DNA of 64,000 bases from Pseudogymnoascus verrucosus (Eukaryota), in NCBI GenBank assembly GCA_001662655.1, contig KV460219.1. One strand, 5' to 3'. Both the position numbers and the translations under genes were made by a program. Below are positions 24,825 through 37,500 of this stretch, piece after piece. The notes under the pieces are model-generated. The model had not been told where the DNA came from. It searched no databases and worked only from the letters and a program-made list of their open reading frames with translations. Numbering within the stretch: position 1 is the stretch's first letter; the number at the start of each line of letters is the position of its first letter.

Positions 24825-25573
24825 AAAAGTTACAGTTTAGAGAGTACAGTGGACCCGAAGTTCCACACTAGAAAACCCCCAATTGCGCACTTCGGAAGTA
24901 AAGAAAGACGTCTACGGTGCTAAACCTCTACGACTTCCCTTCCTCACCCATCGCCCGCGTCAGAGACTGCAATTCTACTGAAACTGCGCTTCATCCTCCA
25001 ACGCGTACACAACTACCCGACAGCTTCCAATTATATTATTTTCTCGTGCTGTTGCGTTGATCGAGCTTCGCTCTTCATTCTGCATTTATACGCCCACGCA
25101 TCATCGCCATCATCGTCGCTGTCACGTTCTTCCCGCCGCCGGTCTATCGATAACCCCACAAACCCCACATCCGTCCCACTCACGGAGCTCCAGACCTCAA
25201 CATCAACCTTCAGCAAACCACAACCGCAGGCCGAGAGGGTTGAAGCTATATTGGAAGCTTGCGAGCTGGGATAGTCCTTTCTACAGCTCCTCTCGAACGA
25301 GAATACGACAGACGCGGTCTGACGACACAGAAAATACCCGAAGCGGCTCGGTGCGGACAGGAGACACCAGCGGGTCCCAGATCCCGACACATCGAACCTT
25401 CACGAGGAAACATTGCCTGTCGAGATCCTCCACGATCTGCTTCGCGTCCAAAGTGACTGCTGTGCTGGCTCCTAACTGGCGGACAGCACGCCTGACGGGC
25501 GGCCAGACGGCCCTCGATCGCAAACGGATATTGACTCCGCGGACACCACGACGACCTTGACACCGCAATCAGG

Positions 25574-28459
25574 ATGAGACGGGGTAAAGGCAGCGGGTCG
25601 CCGTTCAGAGGCGGCGGCGCGCCCATACCTGATTCGCTCTCACTGATTAGGTCTTTCAATGTCGACACGAACCCCGCCAGGCCGGTTCGGCCTTCGCCAC
25701 TCGGATCTTCAACGATACCAGATATGCCACTCGACTTGGTCGACCGTATACGCTCCTTCCCTCTATTCCTATCGGCGCCGGACTCGTTCCTGGCAGCAAT
25801 TGGCAACCATCTACGACCTCAGGTCCACGCGTCGCACGATCACATCCTGACAGAGGGCGATGACGCAAAGGCGATGTACTGGCTCGTCCGAGGCGTTGTC
25901 GCCGTAACATCACGAGATGGCGAAGCTACATACGCTGAATTAAAACCCGGAGCTTTCTTCGGTGAGATTGGCATTCTGATGGATGTGCCGCGCACTGCGA
26001 CAATTATCGCGCGGACAAAGTGTCTTCTCGTTGTGCTGAAGAAGGAAGATCTACGCGCAGAGCTGCCTAAATTCCCAGAGATGGAAAAGGCCATTCGCGA
26101 AGAGGCACAGGAGAGGCTGACTATTTTGAATAAGAAGAGGAAAGAGAGCGGATTTGGACCGACGATTTATACAACGTTGCCATCGCGTGGGGGGAAGAAT
26201 GCGAGAGAGGCTGTACCGGGCGAGGTTTCGCTAGGCGACACGGGTTCCATCGAGCAAGGCAGTGTCGTTAACCATAAGAAGAGAAAGTCACCTAGCCCGG
26301 GAGTTATTGACGATCCTACATTGAGCGCGTTGGGCAGCGGATTTGTTAGCATAAGGAAGACATTGAAGGAGCTACCTCTGTTCTCGTCGTTACCGCCGGA
26401 GATTCTGCATTTTCTTGGATTGAGCGCTCAGCCGCGGACATATCCACCGTTTACGGACATCATACAGCAGGGTTCTGTGGGAAATGACATCTACTTTATT
26501 GTGCGAGGAGAGGCAGAGGTAATACGGATGACGATGGAAGATGGCGAGATCATAGAGATGCTCGAGAGCTCCCGTATGCGCCCGCGCCTGAAGCAGGGCC
26601 AGTATTTTGGAGAAGTTGCGAGTCTGGCACTGGCACCGAGACGGACGGCTACGGTGCGCGCGATTACTGTAGTGGAATGTCTAATGATTGGTGGGGACGT
26701 ATTAGAAGAGCTCTGGAGGAGGTGTTCGCCTGATATTCGGAAGCAGGTTGAGGTAACTGCTAAGGCTAGATATGGGCGGCCCAAGGATGAGGACGTATTG
26801 ATGACCGACGTCGATAGCACAACGCCCTCTATCAAGGGCCTCAAAATCGCTGATCGGTCGCCCAAGTCTAAAGTCCGGGATCTTCCCCAGGTTACATTTA
26901 CACCATCGAAGCCGCTCAGTCCACCGCACCAGAACCTGCCCGAGGAGAAAGACAATGCTGAGTCAACAGACACGGACCCAGACCCATTCCTAAGTATTGA
27001 TATGGATAATATGAGGTCAAGAATGAGCCGCCGGTCGTCGTGGGCACCGATCCCTCCGGAATCTATATCGTCTGAGAACGAATCAGAGGAGGCAGAACCG
27101 CAGATAACTCGAATGCCAGGCTCATCGCCACTATCGTTTACACACCCAATTACCCCACCACAAGAGTCACAGTTAAGATCGAAGAGGCCTCGGACTGTAC
27201 ATCGACGACCAAGCGAGTTCAGCCAAGGTGTATTACCCGACAAAGTTCTGGTCAACGTCTTCAAAAATCTCGATATCTACCACCTACTGCGCCTCCGTCA
27301 GGTGTCCCTGCACTGGCAGAAGCTCCTTTCTTTCTCGCACGAACTCGGGCGCAATCTTGACCTCTCGGCCTATAGCCGCTACGTCAATGACCAGGTGCTT
27401 ATCGATGTCATCTGCCCCTTTGTTGGCAACCGCCCGCGCACCGTCGACCTCTCAAACTGCTTCCACATGACCGACGAAGGCTTCAACACCCTCGTCGCCA
27501 CATGTGGTGCCAACGTGCAATCCTGGAAAATGAAGTCCGTCTGGGATATCACCGCCAATTCCGTCCTCGAAATGGCCAACACCGCCAAAGGCCTCGAGGA
27601 AATCGACCTCAGCAACTGCCGAAAAGTCTCAGACAACCTCCTCGCCCGCATCGTCGGCTGGGTGATCTCTGAACCTCCTCCAGGCGCTAGCGCCCGCGCC
27701 GCCTCCCGCAACGGAAACGCCAACTCGCCCCCTGTAGGCACCGTCGTCGGATGCCCGAAGCTGAGCCGCCTGACACTTAGCTACTGCAAACACGTCACCG
27801 ATCGCTCCATGGCGCATCTGGCAGTGCATGCGCACTCGCGCCTGCGCAGCATCGATCTCACGCGCTGCACGACCATTACGGACGGCGGGTTCCAGCACTG
27901 GAGCATGTATCGCTTTGCGAAGCTCGAGAGGCTCATCTTGGCGGACTGCACGTACCTGACTGATAACGCGGTGGTGTACTTGACGAATGCGGCCAAGGGG
28001 CTGAAGGAACTTGATTTGGTATGTCTCTTCCCAAAAAAATCCCCCTTTTCACCCTATAACCATTTTTTCTTGTCATAATGAAACCACCCCACTAACACCT
28101 CTCAGTCCTTCTGCTGTGCCCTTTCCGACACCGCCACTGAGGTCCTTTCTCTCGGGTGCCCACAACTCCAATCCCTCAAGCTCGCCTTCTGCGGTTCGGC
28201 CGTCTCCGACTCCTCCCTCCGCTCCATCGGCCTGCACCTCCTCGAGCTGTCCCTTCTCAGCGTCCGCGGCTGCGTCCGCGTCACCGGCGTCGGTGTCGAG
28301 GCCGTCATCGAAGGATGCACGCGTCTCAAGGTGCTGGATGCGAGTCAGTGCAAGAACCTGGCGAGGTGGCTTGAAGGGGGCGGAGAAGAGAGGGCTAGGA
28401 GGCTGTATAGACGAAGAGTTAGGATATTGACGGAGAAGGAAGGGGATAGTTTGAGGTGA
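25574..28459 (+). CDS. Protein with two cyclic-nucleotide-binding domains, an F-box and LRRs
   Basis: FFGEIGILMDVPRTATI and YFGEVASLALAPRRTATV; F-box LPDKVLVNVFKNLD..LRQVSLHWQKL; Cys-containing LRRs. Intron 28019-28105. Confidence 0.92.
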
Positions 28460-30300
28460 TGTGGACTTGACGGGGAGAGGACGGCTTAGAGTGCTTTGGA
28501 CAGGGATAAGGGAGCGAGGAGTTTATGCGGTTGGGCTGGCGCTGAGAGGGGTTTTGCTGCATTTGTTTTGATTTGGGGAGAGGGGGGAGGCTCTGGATGG
28601 GGATATGGGGATACTGGGTGGCCAGAGTCGCATTTGGAAGACCTCGACCACTCACTCTGCAGGTCAACGGAACGGGGATCAACACGCGGTGGAGCCGACA
28701 ACGTCTTTTTCTGTTCATATTTTTTGTCATTTCTGCCACCCAGAAGGGAAGGTCACATTTTTGCAGTATATACCCCGAACAATATAAATGGAATTTGCCG
28801 TCTCTTGCTTTCTTTACTTACTGTTTGGGAGCCGCTGATTTGAGTACGGGTTCCTGACAACAGGGGATGCCATCCCAGGCACGGACGCCAGTAACCTGGG
28901 CGTTGGAGTCCTTGGCGTCACCGTCAGTTTCCGGTCACCCGCGGTCACCCCCTTCCGCACGAAACGCTATTCTGTTCGCAATTAGTGCGCGGACCCCTTC
29001 CGGCGCATCCTGGGCGACGGCGGGCGGACTCATTGCACGGTCGATCTGGGAGATGCCGCAGGCTATTTCACGGACAGCGCTTAGGCCGAGCTAGAGTACA
29101 AGTACAGAGATCGGGGAGCGGTTGACTAGCAGATGGAGTTCGTGAATGCTTCTTTCACTTACTTCCCCAGCCGGGGGCGGGATGGACAGGTGGGTATGAT
29201 ATTCCCACCTCGTCTTAATACTAGCATTCCATTCCTTCCCAGGCGCCTGTCTCTCCACAACGTCCCAGCAGACCCGCATCTCACAACCACGCAGCTTCCT
29301 GTCTCAGCATCTATGTCTCGGTGATTCCCGCGCCAGCCACGATTCCTCCCCCCCTGGCGCGGCCCTGTCGGCGTGGCGTTCGGAGTTTCTCCGCACGAAT
29401 TGCACGCCGGGCACAGACCCGTCGGTGCGAGTTTGGGTAGGGTTTTCGGTCAATCACCGGGATCGCCGGGGTCGTCACATACGCGAGATCGGTTGCTAGG
29501 TCTCTGAGCTCGTGAGTGGGTGCGCTGGGAGACTTTGGTGAGAATGCCGAGCTAATGCCTGCGAGGCCGAAAGGAGGCAGGACATGGAGTATGCATAGCG
29601 CGTCCCCACAACTATAACAACCAACGGTGTGCTCTAATTGCAATTCAAATCCTGTGCTGTACTGTGTACATAGTAGGTCCGAGGACTACTGTACCCTCCC
29701 TTTCCCTAGCGTGCCACTCTTCTCGTAAAAAAAGCAAAGGGCGCCTGCCAGCCAGTGCTATCATCATCTCACAGACTCGTTGCGCCTTCTCATCTAAGTC
29801 TTTTACGAGAAGTGGATTCTCACAAGCGACGTTACAGCGACGGCACGGCACCTGAGCGCCTTCCGCTCTTAGTTTTAGGCGGACCTCGCCCTTTCAGCGG
29901 CCCGCCAGTCTATGAAAGTCTTGTCTAACTCAAGTATCCTCTCCGAAACCCGCCCTTGTAAAGCAGTGTTCAAGCAGTATAACGCTAGTTATACTGCTTA
30001 GTCCTAGTAGAGTGAGTCTAGTATGTACGTTGTGCAGTGGTGCATCCGTATTTTCTTGCCTGTTACAAGACCTTGTCTGTGAGATTAAATCCAACGGCTT
30101 GGCACGGCTACCGTGAATCCTTCGCTCTTAGAACCCCGACACTAAGCTTAGTTGCTCCTCTATAGTATCCCTGTTTCCTCTCGACATATGCTGTTGTTAC
30201 TGGTGGAAGTGTAGAAGTGGTCTAGTTCATGCTGTCTACTCTAGCTGTACACATATCTATACAACCTTTCCAAGACATATGTACTCTAAGGCCCGCCTTT

Positions 30301-31929
30301 CTACAGAAGGTACCGGAAATTTTCCTGGTCATGTTCGTCCTTGACCTCCCCTCCCTCCTCAGCTTTTGACAGTTTCGAGTTGTGCCAAGCCATCAAGAGC
30401 ACAACAACAACTAGCACCCCGCCACCAACCGCCGTGATTGCAAGTCCCGCCTTGAACCCTGTTGGATATTTCGGCGCCTCCCCAAAGATAAACACATTAC
30501 TGCTGATGAAATTTGCGCAATTCCCTATCCCCAGCTGCACAGCTGCACCTACAGCCTGGGCCGGCCGTCCTCGTAGGTTTCCATTCAGCCACCCAATTAG
30601 AATGGGCATCTGCATGAAGGCTCCGGAGGCAATGGCGAAGAGGGCAAAGTACCGCACTCCAGGTGGCTGAACCTGCGCGAGTTGGATCGCCCACCCAACG
30701 AGCGAGAGGGCAATGCCAAAGAAGACGAAGGGGTAGCGAATAGAGAGTTTTCCGGAGAGGAAGGAGGCGGACAGCGTGAACACGATGCCGACGACCCAGA
30801 TCGGGATCGACATGACCTGTGCGGTCGATTTGGTCCAGCCGAGCTCCTTGAGGATGGTGGGGGTGAAGGCAGAGATTGACGCGGCGCTCATGTCGCAGCA
30901 GAAGAAGACAACCGTGCTAGGGGTGTCTGGTTAGCTTGTGATAAATAGTAGGTGATGGGTGTCTTACAAGGCCCACACTTTCCAGTCGAGAAGTACTCGC
31001 AACCATGGCACACCCTTCATATCGGTCTTTTCGTTACCGCGGTCGTCACGTAGGCGCTTGAGGAGGAAAGCACGCTCAGGCTCGGTGAGGAACTTGGCAT
31101 CCTCGGGGAAGCCTGGAATGATCATAAAGGCGACGACACTGAAAGCGATGGTGATGAGGCCCTCGATAATGAAGACCCATCTCCAAGATTCGTAGCCTGC
31201 GAGCCCACCCATGTGCTCGAGAGCGAATGCGAGGAGACCACCGCAAGCACTACCTCCGAGAGCGAAACAGATGAACCACGCGAAGCGGACATTGAACTCG
31301 CTGCGCTTGTAGTACTGACCAATAAGTAACGCGGCTCCTATTAACTGTTAGTAGATGACATAGGTGCGAAAAGGGCGCCTAATAACATGCCTGGTGGGAG
31401 ACCGGCCTCTAGGATACCCATGAGGAAGCGGCAAGCAAGCAAACCACCGTAGCTCTTGGTGAATCCCTGGCACATGGAAACGAGACCTATTCATGGCTTG
31501 TAAGTAATTGAGGCGACAACTCTGCGTAGTGCGAGACTCACCAAGAATGAACATCATGCCCGCTAGCCAGTAGTTTGGCTTGATCTTGTTCATGCTCATG
31601 ATCAAGTTGCTCGGAATCTCAATTATGACAAAGGGTAAGTAGAAAATCCATAGGCAGGTGTTGAAGCCGTTCGACGGCATATTGAGCGACTTCTCGAGGC
31701 CGAAGAGCCTCGCATTAGCAATGTTGGAGCGGTCGAAGAAGGAAACGAGATAGAGCGTGCCCAAGATCGGCACAAGGCGCAAGTCGCATTTGAGGAGAAG
31801 TTTCCTGGCTGAGACACCACTCAATTGATCGGAATCAACTCTCGCGATGCCCAACTTCATGTCCCTGGTGTCGGCGCTGGCAGAATCAGTCGCCATCACC
31901 TCCGGCGTCTTCTCTTGTGTAGTCGTCAT
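30301..31929 (-). CDS. MFS transporter, ACS/allantoate permease (Dal5/Tna1-like) family
   Basis: KCDLRLVP, FFDRSNIANA, EIPSNL, GYESWRWVFIIEG, AKFLTEPER; three introns. Confidence 0.92.
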
Positions 31930-32538
31930 GTCTAGGCGATGCGTTCCATACGACGTGACGGGAGAAGAAGAAAGAGGAAGAGGTGTGATGTAAGAAGTGC
32001 GAGGTCAGATGAATGCAGATCTAGTCCACTCGTAGCACGTGTGGACCACGCACAGAGTCAATGGAACTTGTAGACCCTGTACAGGGTCACTGGAACGCGG
32101 CTTTTGTCCGATAGGTACTCGTACTTACTCCGTATTCTCATGAAAGTAACATCCCCCCTGGTGACTTCAATAAATGCCTGCGTTATTTCTGAACAACTCT
32201 TGGCGACATATGAATCCCCACATATACGATGATCTCAGACGCATGCGGAGTAGGAGGATCTCCCACTGACAGGCCCCTCCCTGTGATCGCTGTCGAGAGG
32301 ATGGATCGCCTGCGTCCTAGCAGTGCGACACAAACAAGCAATCTTCTTCATGCTGGGAAGTCCCGTCTGAGACTCTGGCCTTGAGCCTGGCCTACATATA
32401 TGGGAAGCGTAGCTTGGCTCTCATAAGTATAATGCGTTGACGCCTTTTGCTCTCTCAAACCAAGGAGTCCATTCCTAACTCTGGATTGATTCCATTGTTC
32501 TCGAAGACCAGCTCATCTTCAATCATACCACGATCGCC

Positions 32539-33870
32539 ATGGTAGAGACACGGGTGTCGCTCTTTTTGAGTGTCGACATTCTCGCAACTTTCATCGCCTT
32601 TGCTTTCGTCGCTCTACGGGTTGGGTATAGACAGGCAAAGAATGCCCTTACCCTCTCCGATTACATGATATGTTGCGCCATGGTTCGTAGCCAACTTGGT
32701 CTTTGCAGTGGCTCCCTTTAAGACATGCTGCTTACTGGAAACTCAGATCACTTCATTAATCCACATGGTCCTAGACATCATCAGTAAGAACGCCGCCCTT
32801 GTTTTTCAGTTTAGAGCACTTACAGTTCACCAGTTTGTGCAAAGTTTGGATATGCCCGTCACCAAAACGATCTTCCACCAGACCTCAAGGGATCTTATAA
32901 GACGATGATTGTGTGTGCTCCCGTGCTTTTTCTAACCACAGCTTCTAACCGTCTCATTAGGTGTTCTGGCTCATCCAGATCTTCACCAAATTCCCGTTGA
33001 TGTTCAGCAAGCTTTCTCTGGGCCTGGTATATCGTGATCTACTCAGCACTGTCGATATTCCAGTTGTACGATTCTGCCGCATCGCCAATTATATCACTAT
33101 GGTCATTGTCGTTGGCTTCTTCACAGCAGCCACTTTCGTTGGTATCTTCGCCTGTCAACCAATCCACAAGAGCTGGTACTCCAAGGAACCGGGCCACTGC
33201 GTCGATACTCAGATCATGTTTAACTACGTTACGTCGTCTATCAATATCCTCACGTCGTTGGCACTCATCGCCATCCCGCTACCAATTCTACTCCGGACAC
33301 AAAACAAGCGCATCGAGATCAAGCAGTTAACAGCGCTTGTAATGTTAGGCCTAGTGTATGCCCCCTGAAATGACACTTATCTTCTATAACTGAGTTAACT
33401 CTTTCTTCTAGCGACACGGCCGTCTCCATCATCCGCCTCTGGATGATAAGCGGCTTCTATAACGTCAAGAAGGATTTTACCTGTTTGTGTCCCCAACCCC
33501 CCTTTCCCCTTAATATCAGCTAACATTCCTAGACAACGCCATCCCAACACATCTCGTCATCGTAACCGAATTCAACATTACCATTATTGCCGCCTCGTTG
33601 GTCGTCATGCGGCCCTGCTTCCAGGCAATTTTCAACAGGGTGTTCACCGACTCGCCGTACAACTCAAACAACAGATCGCGACAGACACATAATCAGTATA
33701 GCCGGTCGGGATATATAATGTCGGATAATGGCCCTACCAAGAAGAGGATCAGTTCTGAGGCCGCCTCCGATGACTTTCCGCATACAGGGATCCAGAAGAC
33801 GGTCGATATTGAACTCAGTAGTAGAAACATATCTACCGAAGACATACTGCAACCTCGGGATCGCTTTTGA
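32539..33870 (+). CDS. PTH11-like/rhodopsin-domain integral membrane protein (no CFEM)
   Basis: Multi-intron; FVALRVG, SDYMI, SKLSL..YR, FACQPIHKSW..GHC, IAIPLP, IIAASLVVMRP. Confidence 0.85.
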
Positions 33871-34580
33871 GGAGGAGGCAAAGGGCCATAAGGAAAGAAA
33901 CGTGGTTCACGTTGTATAAGAGGGAATGGCTGGGTTTTAGTCCGGCCGCTGCTGCGGATGCTCCAGAGAAGCAGGATCTCCTGGACAGATGGCGGGCCGG
34001 CTTCGTGATATCTACCTTCTATCGAAATGGTTGGAGAGTGAACGTTGCGTCTGTACCTATACCGCGATTTACGATACCCCCTAAAATAATGCACGGAGTC
34101 AATGGTAGGATTTGCTGGAGTAGTATCATTTCTGTCTTTAGTAGTCGGATTGGCGTATTTACTGTCACTCGATACCCCTTTAAAACGTTTGAAGCATATA
34201 TATCCAGCAATATACCAGTCCTATTACGCCCGCAACTGTAAATCTTCTGTCTCATCTCCCCATACTTTTTATCCTGCTCCCAATTCGCGTGTCGCTTAAA
34301 GTCCGAAGAGAGACTTTACATAGTTGGGAATTCATACCTACGCTGAAGCTGATGGGATTTCTCCCATGGCCTGGATTTCTGAGTAACTGGCGTGTTAAAA
34401 AGCCTTGATAGTTTCTGAGTGATTGAGAATCATATTTTAATTTTTAATTTCTACAAGCTACTTGAGCAACAACAGCGTCTGTGGGCTGTTTGGAACCTTT
34501 GGGTGGCTGTTCCGCCCGGTCCCTTCTCAGACTCTCTGGCGACACGAGTACCCCTGAGACCCTGAGACCGCCAACCCTCC

Positions 34581-37500
34581 TCACAAATACCCTAGTCCCG
34601 CAGCAATCTCTTGGAGATCTTCCCGAATAGTCTCTCCGTCAACGCCTACCCGCCCCGCCACCTCCGCCCGCTTCTGGCTTCCCAGCTCCAGCCATCTCCA
34701 CAACACACTGCCGTCCACGATTGGTCGGCCTCCAATCACGGCTTCGGGCGCCGTGTTGCTTATCCTGTGAGCTTTCGGATTAAGGCCTGCAGGGTGGTAG
34801 AGAAGGTTCGACAGGTGATTGCTGAGGGCATTTAGTCGTCGGTATTGTTGTTCGGAGAGCGGGGTGAGGACGGCGATTGCGCCACTGGAAAGCGTCATGA
34901 GTAACCCTGAGACTGGGTTCGTGGGTTCAGACTCTGTTGAGGTTACGGCTGGGGTGGGGGCCTGAGCGGTGGTGAGAGGGAGCAGCGTCATTGTGGTAGG
35001 CATGTGCCCGCCGAGGGAGAATGTTGTACGTTGCAGGAGGAGTTGGCCGTGGAGAGACTTTGGATCTGCGAGGTGTTAGTTATTTCTATTGTGCTGGGTG
35101 GAAGTTTGGCTTACGCTCTGGGTCGAACTGTAGAACGTGCAAGTTGCAGTCTGAGTCTGCAACGACGATGTATAATTCATCGCCGATAGGTAATAAGTCG
35201 GCGGTTATTACCTCCATGCCTTGCGACTGCTTGCCAAAGATAGTCATTTTGTATGGTTCCTCGGAGTAACCAGCAAACCAGACACCTTTGATGGCATCGG
35301 CAAAGAGGCACATGCCCGTACCTGGCAACGACTTGACAGTTGTCACATATGTGTTCATATCGATGAATGCTACAGGGAGCAGAGTCCCGTCTTCTTTCAA
35401 GCCTCTCACCATGGACTTTTGGCCCTGCGCGACAATCATAAACCCCTGTGTCCCGATTTCAGATATCCCAGTGATGGCGCCACGAGGGATTTCTTCCTTG
35501 GCAATGAGCTTCAGCTTCTTGTTGGTCTCTGGGCGGTTAGGGAATGGAACGACAGTGATGACCTCGTAGACGTAGACGCGGCCCCGGATGGCCAGATCCT
35601 CTCCCTTGGATATCGCGGTACCGACTGTGATGAGCTGTTTCCGCTCGTGCGTATTCTCAGATACTTCAAGGTTGAGTGTCTTGATGCACATGATGATCTC
35701 GTGGGGGTCGAGTTCAACCTCGTCAATTACTGACCAGGTGGTTGGGCTAAGCAGCTTCAGGAACCCGCGCCCAGTCAGCGGCTTGAAGGTTATATCTTCC
35801 TTTGCCCACTCCCGGTGGTAATCATCATCCTTGGGTAGCTCAAATGGCTCCTTGATCATCGTGCCAATAACATACACATCCTTCGGAGGATGATATGTCA
35901 CGGCTTGAATTTCCTCTCCGATCTTTACCTTTCGTAGCGTCAACCCAACGTCGGTCACATTTGTTTCCGGCTCTAGTTGGGAAACGCGAGCAATCCCTTT
36001 CGAATCAACATATATGAATCCGCGATCGCATCCTTCTGTGTGGAAGCTGCTTAAGCTCCGAACACCATTACCTCCCAGCCCAACAACCCGTGGTGTACTC
36101 TTAGAGCTCTTGACCACGAACGAAGGCGAGTCACCCGGCAAGAAGACACTTGAAAGGCCACCGACATTGGCGATTGCCCGCATAGGGGAATCTCGTTTTG
36201 CTGACTCTGGATCAGCAGCCACTTCCTTCTCTGGATTCGCGGTCTTTGCTAAGTGAGGGTTATGGATCTTTTGAAAATGCAGAGATTTCAATAAAGGACG
36301 TGGAGCCTCAGATGGGACTCGGAATGGCTCGTATATTGTAAGATCGTCATTTGACGCTCGGAACTACAATAGTTAGTTAGCTTAGAATAACTTGAATTGT
36401 TGAATGCACTCACAATGAGGTATGGTGATTTTGACGTAGAATCACCGAGATCAGCAAGCAAGACCTCAGTCAAGGTCTCAGCCACAGTGGACCTGCGAGT
36501 TGCATAGTCGGGGGAGATTGTTGTAGGTATAAACGATACTCCAGTGGCCTGGTATATTGGCTTGCTCAGATCTGGCAGCGCATACATCTGTAAATAGTTA
36601 GAGCACGTATAATCTGTTGGGCTAAATTCCACTTACAAAGAGAGCACCCTCGGCATTCAACAGGGACATGATAACAGTCTTTTCTGTGCCGGTTCCATTT
36701 GACGATCCTGTCTCGGAAAACTTGCCCGTAGAATCATTGTAGAGGCAGCCAGAGAGCCACTTATTTGTCAACAAGCTATCGTCTCCCCTTTCAATCTCTT
36801 CCAGATCGTTGTCGCTGTCACATGAAGCAACAAATATGCTTGCATCGTCCCTGATTAGCAACATGTAGGGGTCAACTATGCTTGCAGCGACAATCTTTGG
36901 CTCGGCGCCAGTTTCATCGTCGAACATTGGCAGAATCTGAGCCAATCCAAGGTCTATCGGCAACATCCAAGGTCAGCATTCATTCGTCAAAAGGCCGCAG
37001 CACAAGATATCAATACAAAAGGGAGCAAGGTACGTGTAGCTGGGTAAAATATTTTCCATTCATGCTATGGAAGGTCTCTGCTGCTGCTCCAAGGCTAGTG
37101 CGTCTTCCCAAATACACTCCAATATGCGGCAAAATATATTTCAATGAAGCGCCGCATATAATAGACAGAAGGAATAAAAGAGAGGGGAGAGACCTACCGC
37201 CATCATAGCTCCTGACTTCCGATTTCAATATCTGGACGACTCTCATACCATTACCTACAGTCCCGCATTCGATGGTTGCTCCAGCTGCAGGCTCGAATTC
37301 GGTATCTGCCAAAGCTTCAAACCCTGCCGATGTTAGTACATATACTGATGACTCCTCTGGCGTATCGTCAGTTGATTTTGACACAATCATAAGACGGTCA
37401 AACTGGGCTCCAAGCTCAGATTCCGTATCTAATGTGGTTTCGGATTTTTCGGTTTCCAATCCCTTGATCAAAGGCCGTTTGGCACACAGAGTCCATATTC

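Noticed and set aside
28860..29900. GC-rich short ORFs between two convergent genes
   Set aside because: No motifs, splice model or codon pattern supporting a gene.
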